NCBI GenBank assembly: GCA_010093815.1
Contig: ML996574.1
Origin: Pseudovirgaria hyperparasitica
Taxonomy: Eukaryota
Length of the DNA stretch: 64,000 nt
Reading direction: 5' to 3' (one strand)
The notes beneath the pieces are model-generated. The model had not been told where the DNA came from, did no database searches, and was given only the letters and a program-made list of their open reading frames with translations. Position 1 is the first letter of the stretch. Each line of letters begins with the position of its first letter. Of this stretch, positions 1-13,973 are shown one piece after another. The position numbers were made by a program, and so were the translations under genes.

Positions 1-1161
1 ACCCGCCATTTTAGTGCAGCACATACTGACATGCAATATCATCACACAAACATGTCTATTCTATACATCAGGTAGTAGGCATATCATGTTGTCTAGTTTC
101 TGTCAATCGGGACGAGCCCGAAAGAAGCCATGAAAGTATATATCCACATACTGGGCTGGAGCCCAGGGGAGAAATTGTTCCCGTCAACAGTGTGGGAGCG
201 TGATAGAGCATGCGACCATAAAGAAGGACAAGAAAGGAAACAGACAACAATCGCGATGCACTCGACGCGAAATCTAAACAGCACCATGGGTCTGCATTCA
301 GCAATCTTTATGAAAGAGATTGGCGCCACTTGTACTATGTATGTATCCGCAAGCTGAGAAAAATGTCCGGGGATCGAGTGTAGGCAAGAAACTCTCCCAT
401 TCACGCACGGCTATACTAACGACGGCAGTGGATATGAGGGCATTAGTAATGGATATAGTAACTCCATGGCAGTGGTATGAATTACAGATTGTATTCTAGA
501 CCGCTGTTGGAGTATCCGCCGCGAAGTCGTCGCTATCCGTAGTGCCCATCACTGTCCTCGGTCTAGGCATTAGTTGGATGGTATTATGTTTTGCTACGTT
601 GACCTTCAAAGGATTTACACCATGTGGATTGCTGAATATGACAGACGACACACTGTCATGTGAGATGGTTCTAGATGATTAGACTGATTTGATCGTGAGA
701 CTTCGAGAAGTTGGTTATTGTCGCAGCAGGTTCTTAGGGGAGAAAGTCACATCGATCAGACAGTCTTGAGTACGAGTGTTAAAATTTGAATAAGCTTTCA
801 GGGGTACGTAATTACTGTTCGTACCGTCATTTCAGGCAATAGCGAATAGCCTGATATTTGAACTGCCGTCGAGCCTCTACAACTAAATTCTCAAGACCAA
901 CTACTCGAGTCAGACTCTGGGTTGACGTTTTGATTAACTTCAGTATTCCATTACCCGTCTAAATGACTTGACCTACGACCTCTAAGCTCCATGCAGTGCA
1001 GCTCTTTGACGGTCCATGGACCACCTCTCGTGCTTCCATAATGACTGGACACGAGTTTTGCTGATCTATGAGTGTGGTTTGTCGGTATATAGCCCGACCA
1101 TTACTCAGATTCTCCACTCCAGCAGACTATAGATATGCTTTCCGTCTTAAAAGTCGAATTT

Positions 1162-2692
1162 TCACTCACATCTCAGCGCGGAATTCCATGTATCGGCCTG
1201 AGCAGAACTTACGTCCTTTCCGTCGTCTTGTAATGCGTCAGGATGGCCTCCATCTACAAATGTATCGACCAACGTCCTCAGCTCTGACTTGAGTCTGGAG
1301 CTGTTAGCGTATGGTATGATATGCTGATTATACGAAACTTCGCCTTACATGTCGCGAAAACGCTCAACCTCGAAATACATAATCGAGAGAAGTACGTGGA
1401 ACTTCATAGCATACACGGCATTTCTCTGGTCGAATTCGTCGATGGGCTCTGATAACGAGTGAAGTTTTTTATACTCTTCAATCGCCGGTTGTCTCAAGTT
1501 GTACCTTGGATTTCGACAGATCCCAAGGTCCGCTAGCTAATGATTAGAGCGGTAATCCCACAGCTCCGGACAAGTACTCACCTTCGTGGTGTCCCCAAAA
1601 CGCACATGCGTCAAACATGCACACTCCAGTGCCATCAGCGCGAGGCTTAATATTCCCAGGCCATAGATCAGAGTGTATCAAACACGGTGTCACTGTTCTC
1701 CCGTGACTTTCGAGTGGGCCCAGGTATCTAGGAATGACGCTCTGGAGGAAGATCTCACTCAAACGCGCCATTTCTAGATCCTCCTCGTGTTTATTGGCCT
1801 CCTGATCAAACAGCCCGCGCATTTGCTGTGTCCAGAAGTCTACCCAAGACATGTTCCAGGAGTTGTTCACGGGTACATTAGCCAGGTGTGTGGTTACGTC
1901 AAACCCAAATCGAGTTGAAGGGCCCCGCCCCATGCTCCGCGTGTGTAATAGAGACACGGCAGCGGCCCACTCTCGTGGGCTCAGGATATCGTCCTTCATC
2001 TTCACGTACTCGCAAAGATAGAAGTGCGTGTTGGGGTCAGTAGAGTACGTTCCAAATGCAAGGGGCTGCGGAACCAATTCGGGAACAAAGGCATGTACTT
2101 CCGAATCTGCGGCGTAAGACCCCGACATCATTGACAAGCCCTTTGGCCCAGATGCTTCCTGGAAGCGCTTCAGCTCTGATCGGGGCTCCATAAGGATTGG
2201 AGGTGAGACCTTCTACGCTACTCATTAGGTGTGTCTAGTATCGTACCTATTGACACTTACTTTGAAGTATTTAACTATTCGACCATCTCGAAGCTACGCA
2301 ATTACTCTTAGCGGTACGTTGGGAACGCGAAAAGCGACGTGGCAAGACAGAAAAATCATGCTTTCTGGCTTTTGAAGGAGAAGCTGTAGAGCCGAGAGCA
2401 TAAGAGAATCTGGCAGTGGGAAGATTGACATGGCATGAACCTCTGGTACTTACAAGTACTCGTATCTTGAGAGTACCAATCCATATACTCGGTCCAGATT
2501 GTGTGACAGCGATGATCTTGCTTCCTGGTGGCAGCTCTACGAACATTTCAATCAGCCTTGCCGGTACATTCCTCGCCGTCAAGACATTGCAACACCAATG
2601 AGCAGGCGCCACATACTCTCAACTACAGCATCGTCTATATTGACGTCAAGCTTAACTCTTTTCCGGTTCATCGCGATAGTTGACATGGGCAT
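1162..2692 (-). CDS. Fructosamine-3-kinase / protein-ribulosamine kinase family protein (about 6 exons)
   Basis: ORF 1544-2191 has FGFDVTTH, PCLIHSDLWPGN and MFDAC-FWGHHE motifs. I extended it through GT..AG introns: exons 2692-2617, 2536-2454, an LRDGRIVKYFK exon, 2158-1582, an ADLGICRNPRY...SEPIDEFDQRNAVY exon, and a last exon to TGA at 1162. Start codon and last exon are less certain. Confidence 0.85.
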
Positions 2693-2978
2693 AGACCCGA
2701 AAAATCGGAATTCGAATGGAATACAAACGCACGAAGCCACAAACGACGGAGAAATAGGCCGTTTGGGAATGAAAGGGGAGCGTGTAGGCAGCGGATTGTT
2801 TGCCACGACTCGCGGAAGCAAGGACACGAATTTGACCCCTCACGAGCCAGGTCTGAGGTAACGCAGCGTCAGCTGATTCCCAGGAGACTTGAAACATCAT
2901 GCCACAAGGTCGAAGTCTAAATCTTGTTTTTAGGTCTTCCTCTCTCGGCTGATCTCGTGTCAGACAACTGCTGCAAAC

Positions 2979-4854
2979 ATGATAATGAGCAGCCAGGTCG
3001 CAAACGACGAAGAAGCTTGCGCAGCCCCTTCTCCTTCAATCCCTCACAATGCATTACCACATATGAACACCCCAAACAAAGAGGCGGAACCGAACGATGC
3101 GCCTCATTCAATCTTCTCGACAACCCAAAAGCGCTGGATAGCCTCTCTGGCATCATTCGGGGCGATGTTCTCAACTCTTAGTAGTTATGTATACTTCCCG
3201 GCGCTCGTACCCATGGCATCGGATTTTGACGTTTCTGTGACACTCATCAATCTCACAGTAACGTCATACCTGATAGTAGCCGGCGTCGCACCGGCATTCA
3301 TGGGGGACATTGCTGACCAGCGTGGACGACGACCGGCCTATTTATTGATGTACATGCTCGTGGTCGTGGCCAACCTCGGTATTGCACTTGTCAAGAACTA
3401 TCCTGGTCTCTTCGTCCTCCGAATGATCCAGAGTGCTGGCGCTTCTGGGAGTTACGGTGCAGCATATGGGGTGATCGCGGATGTTACGACGCTGGAGGAG
3501 AGGGGAGGCTATGTTGGTATCATCATTTTCTTGTGAGTTCGCATCCCGATTTAGGGTCACAATCACTGAATGACGAAGCACCAACGCCGCACCAAGCTTT
3601 GGGCCTGTGATTGCTGGTGCGCTGACTCAGACTCTCGGGTGGCGCTCGATTTTTTGGATGCTCTTGATTTTGACGGGCCTATACCTCTTGATGACTGCGC
3701 TCTTTCTTCCGGAGACCCATAGAAAAATCGTGGGTAATGGTAGTATCCGGCCAACAGGCATCCATCGCAGTGTATTCGACTGCTTTACTCGCAGACATCA
3801 TCGAGGTGAGGCTGCGGCGGCCTCGCGAGATTGCCATGTGCCGAATCCACTGACATGCATACCCTTGCTCTTCCGCAAAGGTAATCTTACAGTGATCCTG
3901 GTAGGCTCCATTTACTATACAGTGAAGATGGTCCTACAGGCATCGCTTGCAGTCCAGTGTATCGAGGTTTATGACCTTGACTACCTTCAAGCAGGCTTGA
4001 TATATCTGCCCTCTGCTATGGGCGGAGCAATTTCGTCCTATGGAACTGGTGAGACTGAACGTCTTCATTGTGGCCCTTTAGCTTACAGTCAGGCCGCCTC
4101 CTAGATTATCGGATAAAGAGCTTTACTGCTACGTCCTCTGTTGTTGGTAGCCCTTCGCATTGCGAAGGAGTCTCTCTTGGTGATACTGAGGTCGAAGACA
4201 GCAGAGTTTCGATGGCCGATGGACATCCTCGCGAATCTGACTCTCCTAGTACTTCCGGAAAGCATGCTCCATCAAGTAAACGCAAGAACAATGATAGTCC
4301 CGGGAATGATATATCTGATTTCCCTATCGAAGAAGCACGATTCACTATGGAGAATTCGCTGATTCTCATTAGCGTTGCATCAACAGTAGGATACGGTGTC
4401 AGCCTGATGATGAGAGCTGTAAGTATATCGTTGCATCGCAAGCCATTCACTTCTGACTTAACCTCTAAGCATATAGCTGTACCATTAGTAATGCAGTTTT
4501 TGACTGGAGCGGCAACATCAAGTCTCTTCACGGTATGTCTCGCAGGCCCATAGTAGATGCGCTCGAAAACTCTGACCACGGCAGATGTGCTGCACAATTC
4601 TCACAGATCTCAACCCAGACAGACCAGCGACAGTTCAGGCCTCTTACAACCTTATACGGTGTATTGGTGCTGGAGCTGGTATCGCGTCACAGCAGCCACT
4701 CCTCGATGCCGTAGGATCTGGTTGGTGTTTTGCCATCTATGCTGTGCTCTTATTGCTGGGAGCGCCCCTAGTATGGGTGCTCAAGACTCATGGAATGAGT
4801 TGGCGAAAGGCTGAGAAGATACGCAGAAGTGTGCGTCTTGGGTGTAGGCAATAG
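2979..4854 (+). CDS. Major facilitator superfamily transporter, DHA1/QDR-like drug:H+ antiporter (5 exons)
   Basis: ORFs 2979-3536, 3607-4104, 4068-4553 and 4585-4854 join via GT..AG introns. Motifs: YFPAL, INLTVTSYL, GDIADQRGRRP, LRMIQSAG, ERGGY, GWRSIFW, LPETHR, ASYNLIRC. Confidence 0.9.
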
Positions 4855-5187
4855 AAACCGGTGCGGGTCAGATACCTTATATACGTGAATGTCAAGGCCA
4901 TATGCGATGAGTCGGTAATGATGAGAATCGAAATAACTTTACGTTCATACACAGCTGCTTTGCATATATCGTCGAAATGCGCCTTATAATGTATAGGTAA
5001 TCTATGCCCGTGGCTGGAGTTGCAGTACTTGAAGTTTCCTTGGGTGGGGCTATCCGGATGGGATCCGGATGGATCCATCCATTTCCAACCTACCCTGCCG
5101 GCTACATCATAGCCCTCTACATTCTTGGAACATTTCTCTCGACAGCAGTCAGCACACAATGCTGCTGGGCTCCTATTCCTCCTTGCC

Positions 5188-6990
5188 ATGCCAAATTTCC
5201 TCCGCCATCTCCCTCCCTGTTCCAATGTGCGAGGGAGCCAGCTTGTCGGCCGGCCGAGCTTGCAGAGCCCAGCCATACGAAGCTTCCATGACTACTTCAT
5301 AACGCATATACCATCTTCGTCGATGCACCCTGATTCTCGGACAAGAGCTGGACCACATCACAAACTTCCACGAGACAAGTCTGTACCACACAATGCAGAG
5401 GACAAAGGGCGATTACCGGCTGCGATGGTGGGGGCTTCTCGTGAGATGACAGTCGTCCGAATACCAATACGAAGCGCGAAACATCACTTCGGGGCATCAC
5501 TGAGCAGAGGCACGCGGCCATACAATGAGGATGCCTTCCAAGCGGGGACTATTGAGATACCGGCCTTCGCTAGGCGGCGTCCAATGTCACTGACCCGTAG
5601 CAGTAAAGATTCTGAAGTGGCGGCAGGATCCGTAAGAGAAGGTGGGGATCCGCAAGTGTTCTACTTTGGTGTCTTTGATGGGCATGGCGGAAGCGAGTGC
5701 AGCAATTGGCTCAGAGAGCAATTGCATCTCTACGTGGAAGAAGGAGCTGGCCTCTTCGAACTCGAGAGCACACTTAATTTGAAAGACAAGCAGGACAGAA
5801 TGTATGGCTGGCTAGGCGTGGAAAAGGCTTCCAAAAGCCGATCGGAAGAGCCCCGAGGTGCTGACGTTGTAGACTTTGGGAAGGGAGGGGTCAAGCCTAG
5901 CTCCACCGAAGTAAAAGAGCCCAAGTCCAATGCGAATGAGGAGCCACCAGAAACAAACGCAAGTTTCGTACAATCGGACAACATACAGAATGCGGAAGAG
6001 CTAGAAAAGCAGCTTGTCCATCAGTGGAAGGAGTTGGTGGGAGGGTACTACAGGCGTTTCAAGCCAGAGTTCTTCTCAGAAGTTGTCGGCGGCCAGGGGC
6101 ACACGCTGTCAGCCGGCGCTGAGGAAAGAAGACAACCGCGACGATCAAGTTTACACGACGACCAAGAGCATGGTCTTGGTCTTGAGACTGTCCTCGAATA
6201 TGCTTTCTTGAAAGCTGACTACGACTTCGTGTCGGCACAAGCCGCCAAGAAAGATGAGAAAGAAGATTCTGTAGCTGCGGACCGGGCGATCAATGCTGAC
6301 GATGTTTTGCACAATCCTTTTGCCGCTCCAAAGAATATAGGAGGTCCCCAGCGCTTCAGAGGAGGTAGTACATGCAGCATTGCACTCGTTTCGACGCCCA
6401 CCCCGTCCCCCTTCTGGCACCCGGCTTCTCCATCAACAATTATCACTGCTCATTGTGGTGATACGCGGATCTTACTCTGCTCAACATCTACGGGACAGCC
6501 AGTACCTCTCACAACGAATCACCATCCTTCGGACCCGCATGAAGCGGCAAGAATGCGTCGTTACGCAGCAACGTTTGTGACTGACTCCTTTGGCGAGGAA
6601 CGAGTCTCCGGATTAGCAAACACTCGAGCCTTTGGCGACATTGCATCAAAGCGTATAGGTGTATCAGCTGAACCAGAGGTCCGACGTATCGAAGTCGCGC
6701 CGGCGGAATACTCTTTCATGGTGCTCATGTCTGATGGTGTATCTGGTCAGCTTGAAGACCAGGAGGTCCTAGATATAGTAAAGGAGGCTAAAACCCCAGA
6801 GCAAGGTGCGAGAGATGTAGTCACCTTTGCCACTGCTATCACGAATGACGCAGACAATGCTACCTGTCTCGTCGTTCGGCTCGGCGGATGGGAGAGGAGG
6901 AGTGAAGGGGGCTTAGGCAGCATGGGGACGAAAGAGATGCGGGACTGGAAGAAGACTGAGGCCGAGAGTCCTAGGGGACGTAGAGGCTAA
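5188..6990 (+). CDS. PTC6: PP2C-family protein phosphatase, mitochondrial Ptc6-like
   Basis: Intronless ORF, first ATG at 5188. PP2C motifs: RPYNED, FGVFDGHGG, GGSTCS, AHCGDTR, LTTNHHP, GLANTRAFGD, SDGV, DNAT. Arg/Ser-rich presequence-like N-terminus. The orthologue call is from recognition only. Confidence 0.85.
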   Translation: MPNFLRHLPPCSNVRGSQLVGRPSLQSPAIRSFHDYFITHIPSSSMHPDSRTRAGPHHKLPRDKSVPHNAEDKGRLPAAMVGASREMTVVRIPIRSAKHHFGASLSRGTRPYNEDAFQAGTIEIPAFARRRPMSLTRSSKDSEVAAGSVREGGDPQVFYFGVFDGHGGSECSNWLREQLHLYVEEGAGLFELESTLNLKDKQDRMYGWLGVEKASKSRSEEPRGADVVDFGKGGVKPSSTEVKEPKSNANEEPPETNASFVQSDNIQNAEELEKQLVHQWKELVGGYYRRFKPEFFSEVVGGQGHTLSAGAEERRQPRRSSLHDDQEHGLGLETVLEYAFLKADYDFVSAQAAKKDEKEDSVAADRAINADDVLHNPFAAPKNIGGPQRFRGGSTCSIALVSTPTPSPFWHPASPSTIITAHCGDTRILLCSTSTGQPVPLTTNHHPSDPHEAARMRRYAATFVTDSFGEERVSGLANTRAFGDIASKRIGVSAEPEVRRIEVAPAEYSFMVLMSDGVSGQLEDQEVLDIVKEAKTPEQGARDVVTFATAITNDADNATCLVVRLGGWERRSEGGLGSMGTKEMRDWKKTEAESPRGRRG

Positions 6991-7771
6991 TAGAACATGG
7001 GGTTGAAGCGTGTATTGCAAGCGTATCTACAGCAGCAACATCATGCTGAGGGATGTTGTTTCGCTACATTTCAGAGCGAGCGTCTAGCCCTGGTATTCAC
7101 ACATTATTATTCTTAGACATGGCTTTGGAGCTTTGAGGAATGGAAGGCACTGGCAGCATTAATTCTTGACAGACACTCCTATGACAACAGAATACGGTCG
7201 TATACACTATTTTATCAGCAGCCAAAGCCTCTGACATTCTAATAGCGCTTTTCCATCCCCTAGGCAAAATAAACACTTTCCATGTTACTCACTGACTGGG
7301 TGGGGCTAAGAAAAGGAGTGCTACGGCGGGGTTTAGCGAGCGAATAGGGGCGCGTGCCTTGTCCTTTGGCGGTCTGTGCCTGTGTTTTGATGGCTCCTAC
7401 GCCGCCCGCAACAGGGCGAGGAAGTTACTGGTCTTTCATATGTTTGATGGGCTTTTGCCGCTTGCATCAGCTTCCTTGTTTTAATTCTTTCATTCACACG
7501 ATTCTGGCTGTACCGTTTACTACTTGGTCTCAATCCTCCAGATCCTTCTTGCGCCTCGATTCTTGCTGCTGAACACAAAGTTCACGTGTCAGGGCTTTTC
7601 GACCTCTATCCTTCGACACGGTTCCTCCGCTACAATTTCACTCACTCCCCCACCACACCACAGCCCTGCGCATTCGCCCACCAAATTTCTACAGGGCTCT
7701 ACTAACTCGAATATACCGTCTCGCGCCAATCGTCTTCAACCTAGACTCTGCTATACTCGTTGCTCCACAAC

Positions 7772-10721
7772 ATGGACGTCAACCAGGTGCTAGAGGGGAC
7801 TCTGTCTCCAGGTAAGGAGGCCTCCTCAAACAAGCACTTGAGACGATCAAGCCGCCAGAACTGACCTCACCCAGATGACAGCGTGCGCCAGAGCTCAGAG
7901 GCACAGCTCACACAAGCCGCGGAGGCCGATTTTGTACGTACTTGCCTACACCGTCTTTACTATGATACCGAGCTCGAGTGTGAGCTGACGATCCGACATA
8001 GTCCGGATATCTGGTCACATTAGGGAAAGAGCTTGCAAATGAAGCTACATCCTCTCAAGTCCGCATGGCGGCCGCCCTAGCTCTTAAAAATAGTTTCTCA
8101 GCTCGCGACTTTGCTCGGTTACGCCAGGTCCAAGAACGATGGCTTACGCAAGTAGACGGAGCTGTCAAGCAAGAGATGAGAAGCTTGTCGCTCAAGACTC
8201 TTTCTGGAAATGACAATAGAGTCGGCTCGGCCACAGCACAGTTTATTGCGTCGATCGCAACCATAGACATGCCTAGGGGACAATGGGACGAGCTCATGCC
8301 GGCTCTTATGGCCATGTGCCAAGAGGCCTCGCCAGTGCACTCTAAACAGGCCGCTCTGACTGCAATCGGATACATTTGTGACGTTGAAGACGCTGCACTC
8401 AGGGAGAACCTTACCCAACACTCAAATTCAATTCTCACATGTGTAGTCACAGGAGCGCGCAAAGAAGAACCCAGCCAAGAGGTGCGGTATGCGGCTGTAT
8501 CCGCCCTTAGTGACTCTTTGGAATTCATCCGCAACAATTTCGAAGCAGAGGGCGAGCGTAACTTTATTATGCAAGTGGTCTGTGAAGCTACACAAGCATC
8601 GGATGCACGAGTACAAGCAGCCTCGTATGGCTGTCTTAACCGTATCATGGGCATGTACTATGATAAGATGCGCCTCTATATGGAGAAGGCCCTCTTTGGA
8701 CTTACGATAATGGGTATGAAGAATGATGACGAAGACGTCGCAAAGCTTGCAATAGAGTTTTGGTGTACCGTCTGTGAGGAGGAGATTGCAATCGAGGATG
8801 ACAACGCTCAAGTACGTCTGCTCGTTCCCGGATAAAATCTATACAGCTGACAGTCATTAGGCACAGTCCGAAGGCTCGACGGAGCTGCGCGCATACTTCA
8901 ACTTCGCCCGTGTTGCAACCCACGAGATTGTCCCCGTTCTCCTTGAGCTCCTCGCGAAACAGGACGAGGACGCAACCGATGACGAATACAACACCGCGAG
9001 AGCCGCCTACCAATGTCTGCAGCTCTTCGCAAGTGCTGTTGGCTCACAAGTCGTCCCTCCTGTACTACAATTCGTCGAGAAGCATCTCAGATCCGAAGAT
9101 TGGCATTACCGCGATGCCGCTGTGTCTGCGTTTGGTGCTATCATGGAAGGCCCGGAGGAGTCTATGCTGATGCCACTCGTCAAGCAGGCTCTTCCTGTCC
9201 TGATTGCAATGATGGACGATCCTGTACTCCAGGTCAAGGACTCAGCTGCTTATGCCCTCGGTCGTATCTGCGAGGTTTGCTCTGATGCAATCGACCCATC
9301 CACGCACCTGACGCCGTTGATCTCATCTCTGTTTCAAGGTCTCTCGAGTAATCCTAGAATGGCCTCCTCATGCTGCTGGGCTTTGATGAACCTCGCTGAA
9401 CGGTTCGCTGGCGATGCTCCTGCGGAGACCAACGAACTTTCACAGCATTTCCAGGCTAGCGTGAGCCACATCCTCCAGGTCACTGAACGATCTGATGCCG
9501 ACAACCACCTTCGTACTGCTGCATACGAAGTTCTGAACGCATTCGTGACGAATGCGGCTAACGATGTCATCAACCTCGTTGGAAACTTGTCTGGCGTTAT
9601 ACTCGAGCGCTTGGAAAAGACTATTGCTCTTCAACAACAGGTCGTTAGCGTCGAAGACAAGATTACTCTGGAAGAAATGCAAACGAGCTTGGCTAGCGTG
9701 GTCATAAGCATTATTGGCCGCTTGGAAGCTGAGATCAAGCCTCTAGCAGATCGCATCATGCAAGTCCTCCTTCAACTTCTACAAGCCGTTGGTGGAAAAA
9801 CGGCCGTCCCAGAGACAGTTTTCACGGCAATCGGCTCTTTAGCCAATGCACTCGAAGATGACTTCATCAAGTACATGGAGGCATTCACGCCCTACCTCTA
9901 CAATGCGCTTGGTAACCTCGAGGAGCCTGGTCTATGCTCTATCGCCATCGGCTTGGTCAGTGACATCAGTCGTTCTATGAACGAGAAGGTCCAGCCATAC
10001 TGTGATTCCTTTATGAACTATCTTCTGCAAGATCTACAGGTAAATCACCAAAGCTTCTTTTAGATAATCCGCAGCTGACTCGAGACAGAGTGCAAATCTA
10101 GGTAATCAGTTCAAGCCCGCCATTCTTCAATGCTTTGGAGATATCGCACAGGCCATCGGACCTGCATTTGAGAGCTACTTCACGGTGGTCGCCCAAGTGC
10201 TGCAGCAAGCCCAAGGCGTCAAGATCAATTCTGAAGCAACATTCGATCTCATCGACTACATTGAGAGTCTTCGTGAAGGCATTATGGACGCTTGGGACGG
10301 TGCTATTGTGGCACTCAAAATAGGTGGCAAGCAGGAGCTTCTCATGCCATTCATCGAGTCGATCATCGAGTTTCTGAAGCAGGTCCACCAAGACCCAAGC
10401 AGAGCAGAGCCGTTGATGCGCTCCGCTATGGGTGTCATTGGGTGAGTCGCTCACCTTTCATCAATCCTGGGCCACTCTAACGTTTCATAGCGATCTTGCT
10501 GATGCCTTTCCTAATGGTGAGATTAATGAAGTCTTCCGCCAGGAGTTCCTTACGGAGATGGCGCGTGAGACACGTGCGAACCACAGCTTTTCGCCACGCA
10601 CAAAAGACACCGCTCGCTGGGCACGCGAACAGATCAAACGCCAAGTCGGTATGCAAACCAATATTTCCTTTGAAGATTATCAGTATTATCTGCACCAGCC
10701 GGCAATGCATCGACGCAATAG
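7772..10721 (+). CDS. KAP95: Importin subunit beta-1 (karyopherin beta)
   Basis: MDVNQVLEGTLSP start, AALALKN, EFWCTVCEEEI, HEAT-repeat exons in ORFs 8065-8835, 9122-10063 and 10185-10445, C-terminal TARWAREQIKRQ. Canonical introns. The last exon is uncertain (stop at 10721 if spliced, 10749 if not). Confidence 0.95.
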
Positions 10722-12246
10722 TTATGAGTGCAACGACATGTACAGCTGAACGGCGTAAGAGTATCGCACATCAACACCCGTCGCACTCCTCATCCTTTCA
10801 TTCCTCCTACTATTCATAATCAAGCTCTCACTAATAATACTATTCCAGGTGGAACATCTGGTCAGATGACTACTTAAAGTAGTATCATTATCAACAGCCC
10901 CCATTCCAACCCCCTGAAGATGTCGCGCTTGGTCAAAATCAGTCGCTCTACTATCGGCGGGATTTCTGCTTGACCCTCTTGCTGACTCTGCACTTGGCAG
11001 AATCTCAAGCTCAGACACAAGGAGAGGAACCCGTCGACGATGGCCATCACCATTGAGGAGGCAACGGGTCATTCGACTCGGACGTAGTGCGCCCCAACTG
11101 GCATCAGCACAGACGTTCCTTGGAACTGGAACCACTACGTCTTCACTTTGGCTCGTCAAATCCCTGATCACCCTATCCCGACACCACGACCCCTAGCATC
11201 TCATCATTCGTCCAACACGAACTCCAAACCAATCGCATCCTTACGTATCTACATCCCTCACCACACGCCCCCATCGAATCATGTAGCCCCACGGTCATGT
11301 AAAGACGGCACCAACCCAGCCGCAAATATCCACTCGAACATAGTCCTAGTCTTCCACAAAATGATTCCCAATCTTGTCAGCATCCCCCCATTATCACTCG
11401 TCCATACATTTCAACGGCACAGAATCTCTTCTCTTGTTCCAACCTTGAACTCAGCTCAAGGCAGCTTATCTGGAGGGTGAATAGAAAGCATCGGTGGAAT
11501 AACGTTTCTCGCGTTATATTCATCGCTGCAACTTCGTTTCTTAGAACTGTATGCTATCATCGACGTGGTTGGAGCTTTATTGGAGCAGGAAACTGAACCT
11601 TGCGAATCTGATTCGTACACAGTTAGATCGAGTTATAGTAGATAATCGATTGTTTTGCTTATAATACTGATATCCTGTGCTTCGAGCGTGCAAATGCGAA
11701 GAGTAGAAACACTATTCAAGCATGCGCGAATTGTGACAGCGGAACGGGTCAATAACCTTCTCATGCACTCCCATGATTATCGACGTGTCACTAAAAACTT
11801 TACTTTCACATGCAGCTCCCCTTTCTTTCTTAGCATTTATTGATTCATTATGATGAGCGTGAATGAGTTGTTTGGGCATGGAATAGACGGTACTGACGTG
11901 GATAGAAATGGCATGTAGCTCAGGCAGATTGACTTATCTTCTATAATAAATAGGTAGAGCTGATGCACGTATTCTATTGTCTAATTAAACAGATTCCATC
12001 GTTTCTTGAATTACAGAACACGTCGTTGAGGACAGCTTAAACCATGGCCTGTTCCTCTCTCACTCTCTCTCATATGTGCGCATGCTCATGTATGGGGCGC
12101 GGCCCTCTACGTCTGTTACTGTATGTCTGACACTATTCCCTTCTACAGTAATGCGCTGTATTGCTCCGAAAAAACAATACTCAATCGTGCCGCCGGTATG
12201 CTGTGACAATGTAAAATAGTACTGACAAGTTCGTCTGGGGCTCAAG

Positions 12247-13973
12247 TCACCAGCTTGAACACCGTCTCGATCCCTGTCGCGTGGGGCTAGTCGCTCTTGA
12301 CTTCGCCCTGGGAAGCGTCCGTCGATCGATGTGAAGGTCACGATGATCTTCCAAGACGACGCCGCCACCGCCATCTGAGTCTGAGGATTCAGCAAGCGAG
12401 TTTTGATCACTGCAATTCGAGCTAGGGATACCATGGGGCGAAACGTTCTTCCCCAAGGAGCGAGTCGATCTTTCTCGTGCATGCTTTTGCGTTGCAGGGT
12501 TTTGTATGCTATGTCGGCGCTCGGAAACGATTGAATGCTCCCTGATTAAGTTGGCGGCAGTATGTACGCAGGAACCAAACGCGTGTCGTATTAGGGTATC
12601 ACCTGCAAGACTGCCGATGATGAAGACACCTGGTGCGACTTGGAAGTTCTTTTCCACTTTTTGACGCAGGGTCCTCGTTGAAACGACCGGGTTTACAGGG
12701 CTCGTGGCTTCGCCAACGACTTCCTTGAGCAAGGATGGTTGGAGGTAAGCTAGGCTGCCTCTTCTCCCGACAACATATCGCAATTCTCCGATTGTCCGGT
12801 CACTAATAGTACCGTTTGCGCATTGAATCTGGATGGTGGCTGTGTTTTCCTGAACATTGACGCTTTTAATGCTTCCATTTGGATAGCCCTCGTATGTCGT
12901 TGACCAATCACGGTTGCCAAGAGAAGATTTCGATTTCCTTCTCATCATAGGTCGTTGTTTGGAAGTGTTTGTCGGGGACTGTTTGCAAGCAAGTTTCATC
13001 TTCTTGTAAATACCAGCATACTCCGGATATGCCTGATGGTGACATCCTCTCAACGGCGAAGGTCGTGTGTCTGGTGCCCATTTGAAGATATGTATGATCT
13101 GACGGGTTTCGCTGGCTGATATGATAGCATCGGCAGCGGAGAAGCCCGAGCCAACCACAAGTAATGGTTCGGATTTGGTACGCAAGTTCGCAAGTTCTGC
13201 TAGTGGGGGTTGTGGCGCAATGTTCATCGAGAAGGTTCCCGAACCCAGAACAAGATGCTTACAGCGCATGTTGTGAGAGGCAATCATGAAACCGTCTCTG
13301 GTCCTGGATATGCCCGAGACCTGTTGCGAGTTGAATATGGAGTCTGATATACCAACCGCTGTGGGGTAAGCGCTCAGATAATCCGCAACCTCTCTACGAG
13401 ATGGTCGTACAAAATCAGGCATTGGCTGGCCATGCGCCCGCTCCCAGTGGTCTGCGAATGTCAAGCCAGGCAAGGAAAGCATCTCTGCGTAGCTCAGAGT
13501 CCCAATATCCCAGCTGGCTGAGACAGCGTTTTCCTGCCATTGCCCGCCAGGAGCTGCAGTGTTTCCCAGGACAATATGAGGCACAGCCTTCTGTGGCTCG
13601 TACTTCCAGCAAACGCATGACGGCGGGTTTAGCTCTGTATCTGCATTGGGTCGAAGTAGGGTATCTAGGAGGGTGTTTATAGGAAGCGCTTGAGTGGAGT
13701 AGCGGAGAGAAGACGAAAAATGGTCGTACAGATCCGGCGTTACGTCAAGGAGGGTTCGGCTTCTGGATAGCTTCGCGTCTAGCAATGGGTCTGGATGGCC
13801 ACCGGCGTAGTAGGGAATGTTTCCATGTAGTATGTACGACAATATCAGCGCCGCGGGCCCATTGCCTAGTCCACGAGGTTAGATTGCTATCCTAAGAACA
13901 GCAGGCATGGCGCAGCGTTACCTATGATCACCGTATCGATGTATCTGGGTATTGAGGGAGCCATTGAAGGCAT
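12247..13973 (-). CDS. FAD/NAD(P)-dependent oxidoreductase, OSGIN1/2-like
   Basis: A short exon (IDTVII) spliced to ORF 12247-13842 restores the Rossmann motif IIGNGPAALILSYILHG. Second motif LVVGSGFSAADA; also YPEY and IIGSLAGD. Confidence 0.8.

Noticed and set aside
1..404. Small ORFs, including a signal-peptide-like MVLFRFRVECIAIVVCFL on the minus strand
   Set aside because: No recognisable domain; the putative spliced frame meets a stop shortly after; context is cut by the window edge.
10722..12240. ORFs 10722-11171, 11148-11480, 11655-11843 and 12060-12482
   Set aside because: No motifs; they fall in the convergent 3' regions of KAP95 and the OSGIN-like gene.
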